This document shows, piece after piece, positions 61,525-64,000 of a stretch of 64,000 nt of DNA. Position 1 is the stretch's first letter. Each line of letters starts with the position of its first letter. The notes under the pieces were generated by a model. It searched no databases. It was not told the DNA's origin and worked only from the letters and a program-made list of their open reading frames with translations. Made by a program: the position numbers and the translations under genes. Source of the stretch: Carcharhinus longimanus (Eukaryota); assembly GCA_030264375.1 (NCBI GenBank), contig JASCQW010000132.1:67175627-67239626 (forward strand), in the 5' to 3' direction.

Positions 61525-62030
61525 CAGAAGTAGGCCATTCAGCCCATCAACCTGCTCCTCCATTCAATTAGGTCACCTCAATGCTACTTTGCCACATTAT
61601 CCTCAAATTCCTAGATGTAATTTATCTCCAGACATCCATTGATCTTGAACATGACCAATGATAGAGTTTCCACAGCCCCCTAAGAGTTCTGAGTCTGAGA
61701 AGAAATCCCTCCTCATCTCAGTCTTAACTGATCCACCCCTTATCCTGAGATTATATCCCCTCGTTTCAGATTCAGCTGTCAGGGGAAACATCTTCTACAC
61801 CCATTATTTCACGCCCTGTAAGATTTTATAAATTTCAGTGAGGTCATCCCTCATTCTTTGAAATCCTAGGGAATGCAGACATTCACCTCAATCTCTCCTC
61901 AACACTACATACCAGAGATTAATCTGGTAAAGCTCCATTATATTCCCTCACTGGCAGGTATGTCCTTCCTTGGATAAGGAGCCAAAACTGCATATAATGA
62001 TTCAGGTTAGGTCTCAACAAGGCTCTATTT
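61525..62030 (-). mobile_element. CR1-clade LINE fragment
   Basis: Minus-strand TRGYNLRIRGGSVKTEMRRDFFS (ORF 61603-61791). Confidence 0.78.
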
Positions 62031-62796
62031 CAGTGATAGGCATCCTAGATGAGTGAGTGAATTGCATGAGTGGCCCTCCTTCATCTCAGTGGGCTGCAAA
62101 ATTGAAATCGGGCTTGTTCACTAATCATGATTCCATGAATAAGATTAAAGACATTTAATACATGCCAAATATTTCATAATGTGTTACAGGAGTTGCATTT
62201 ATATGTTAACCGAATTATCACCAACTTCAAATGGTAAAACAAAAACATTTTTTATGCTTTGAATGTAGAGGGAGTGCACGTTTCTCACAGTCAATGTGTG
62301 CAATCAGCACTCTCCTCACTTCACTTGACTTTGCTTTATATAGGATATCTCTTCAGTCACACCAGTAGGAAAATGATAGGCAGATGGAAATCGGTGGAAA
62401 GTGACAATGCTGCACATGGGCAACAGTCAACAAAATGTCCCATGGGCTGCACTCAGAACCTAGATGGGCCTCATGTGGTCACCAAGATGCAGACTGTCCA
62501 CCATTGCTCTATACAACTGCAGCAAGACATCATTATTCCTGTGCTCAAACCCCTCCCAATGAAGGTCAACATACCATTTGCCTTCCCAATTGCTTGCTGC
62601 ACCTGCAAGCTAACACTTAGTGACTCACGAACGGAGACATCCAGGTTCTGATGTATACAATCGGAATAACTTCATACTTATTCACATAATGGAGGAATTC
62701 TCCCATCTCACTCATGGCCAATTTGGTGGCAGCCAAAAGCAGAGAATTCAGCAGGAGATGAAAAGTCTGAAAACAATATGGTGTTGAATGCCATTT

Positions 62797-63022
62797 AGAA
62801 TTTATTTATTAGTGTCACAAGTGCCCTACATCAGCACTGCAATGAAGTCACTGTGAAAATTCCCTGGTTGCCACACTCCAACGCCTGTTCAGGTACACTG
62901 AGGGAGAATTTAGCATGGTCAATGCACCTAATCAGCACATCTTTTTCACTGTGGGAGGAAATTGAAACACCTGGAGGAAACCCATACAGACAAGGGGAGA
63001 ACGTGCAAACTCCGTACAGACA
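62797..63022 (-). mobile_element. 5'-truncated V-SINE with the non-CR1 tail
   Basis: Same tail as the 13338-13647 copy. Confidence 0.75.
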
Positions 63023-63199
63023 CAGCTAACTATTATGCTATTATTCCGCCCCATTCCTTAAAACCTACCTCTTTGACCAAGCCATCCCAATATATATTTA
63101 AGGGACTTGGCGTCAATATTTTTTGATAACACTCTTTTGATGCAGCTTGGAATGTTTCACTATATGAAAAATGCGATATAAATACAAGTTATTGCTGCA

Positions 63200-64000
63200 T
63201 CACACAACAGCTCATGCTGATTCATATATTCTCAATATTTACAATGAGAAATGGGATTTTGAGATTGAACAGTGGAACATTTGCAATTCTCCAGTTCTCT
63301 GGCAATATCCTGACTCTAAGGAGGATTAGAAATTATAGCTTGTGCCTCCGCAATTTCAACTCTCACGTCCCTTAGTATGCTTGGATGCATCTCATCCAGT
63401 CCTGGTGCATTATCAGCTTTAACACTTTCTTTCCAATACCCCCTCCTTATCTATTTTAAAAGCCTTCAAGTGTTTGAAGTACCTCCTCCTTCATTTGAAA
63501 TGGGAAACATACATATTTTTCCTAGCAAAGACAGGTGCTAAGTTTTCTCTATGTATCTTAGCCATGACCCCTACCTACAATCCCGTTCTTAATCCCAAAT
63601 CACCTACTCCTCCTCTTATCACCCTTATACTATTTACATGCCCTTCAAAGACTTTTGTGTTCCCTTTTATGTTAACTGCCAGCATCTTATCATACTCCCT
63701 TTTTGCTTCTCTTATTTGCTTTTTCAAGTACCCTCTGAATATTTGACTTTCAGCCTGGCTCTCAATTGTATTATAGAAACATAAAAACGTAGAAGATAGG
63801 AGCAGGAAGAGGCCATTTGGCCTTTTGAGCCTGTTCCACCATTCATTGCGATCATGGCTGATCATCCAACTCAATAGCCTAATCCTGCTTTTTTCCCATA
63901 ACCTTTGATCCCATTCGCCCCAAATGCTATATCCAGGTGCCTCCTTGAATACATTCAATGTTTTGGCATCAATTACTTCCTGTGGGAATGAATTCCACAG
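63200..64000 (-). mobile_element. CR1-clade LINE fragments (ORF2 internal piece and a 3' end running off the window)
   Basis: LKKQIREAKREYDKMLAVNIKGNTKVF motif; CR1 tail at 63775-64000. Confidence 0.75.

Noticed and set aside
1-64000. Prokaryotic systems, CRISPR arrays, rRNA or true tRNA genes
   Set aside because: This is spliced vertebrate DNA; no repeat-spacer array was seen, and the tRNA-like segments are degenerate SINE heads.

Overview
Eukaryotic genomic DNA, almost certainly from a shark or ray given the V-SINE, Deu-SINE and CR1 repeat content. It is a draft assembly with six N-gaps. The window holds one collagen type I alpha-2 gene (COL1A2) on the + strand. I traced the promoter (inverted CCAAT and TATA, 5339-5391), the LARP6-type 5' stem-loop around the ATG at 5526, all 52 canonical exons through the stop at 56977, and a 3' UTR ending near 57800. 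Alpha-2 identity rests on the MLSFVDTR signal peptide, the N-propeptide micro-exons, separate exons 33 and 34, Ser in place of C-propeptide Cys2, a Lys-free C-telopeptide and the VCFK* end. Two things are not explained by the canonical gene. (1) There are two in-frame 54-bp Gly-X-Y exons at the exon-24 position (32690-32743 and ~32784-32837), separated by a small gap. One copy gives the canonical 1014-residue helix and both give 1032, which points to mutually exclusive splicing inside a type I collagen helix. (2) Intron 1 contains a decayed but recognisable VWC (cysteine-rich N-propeptide) exon at ~7487-7688, a domain COL1A2 is known to lack. Introns also carry a 137-bp inverted repeat, a fossil PIF/Harbinger transposon, many MITEs, SINEs and LINE fragments. 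Most entries in the supplied ORF track are spurious. Comparisons with human or other collagen sequences are from memory and need checking by alignment.
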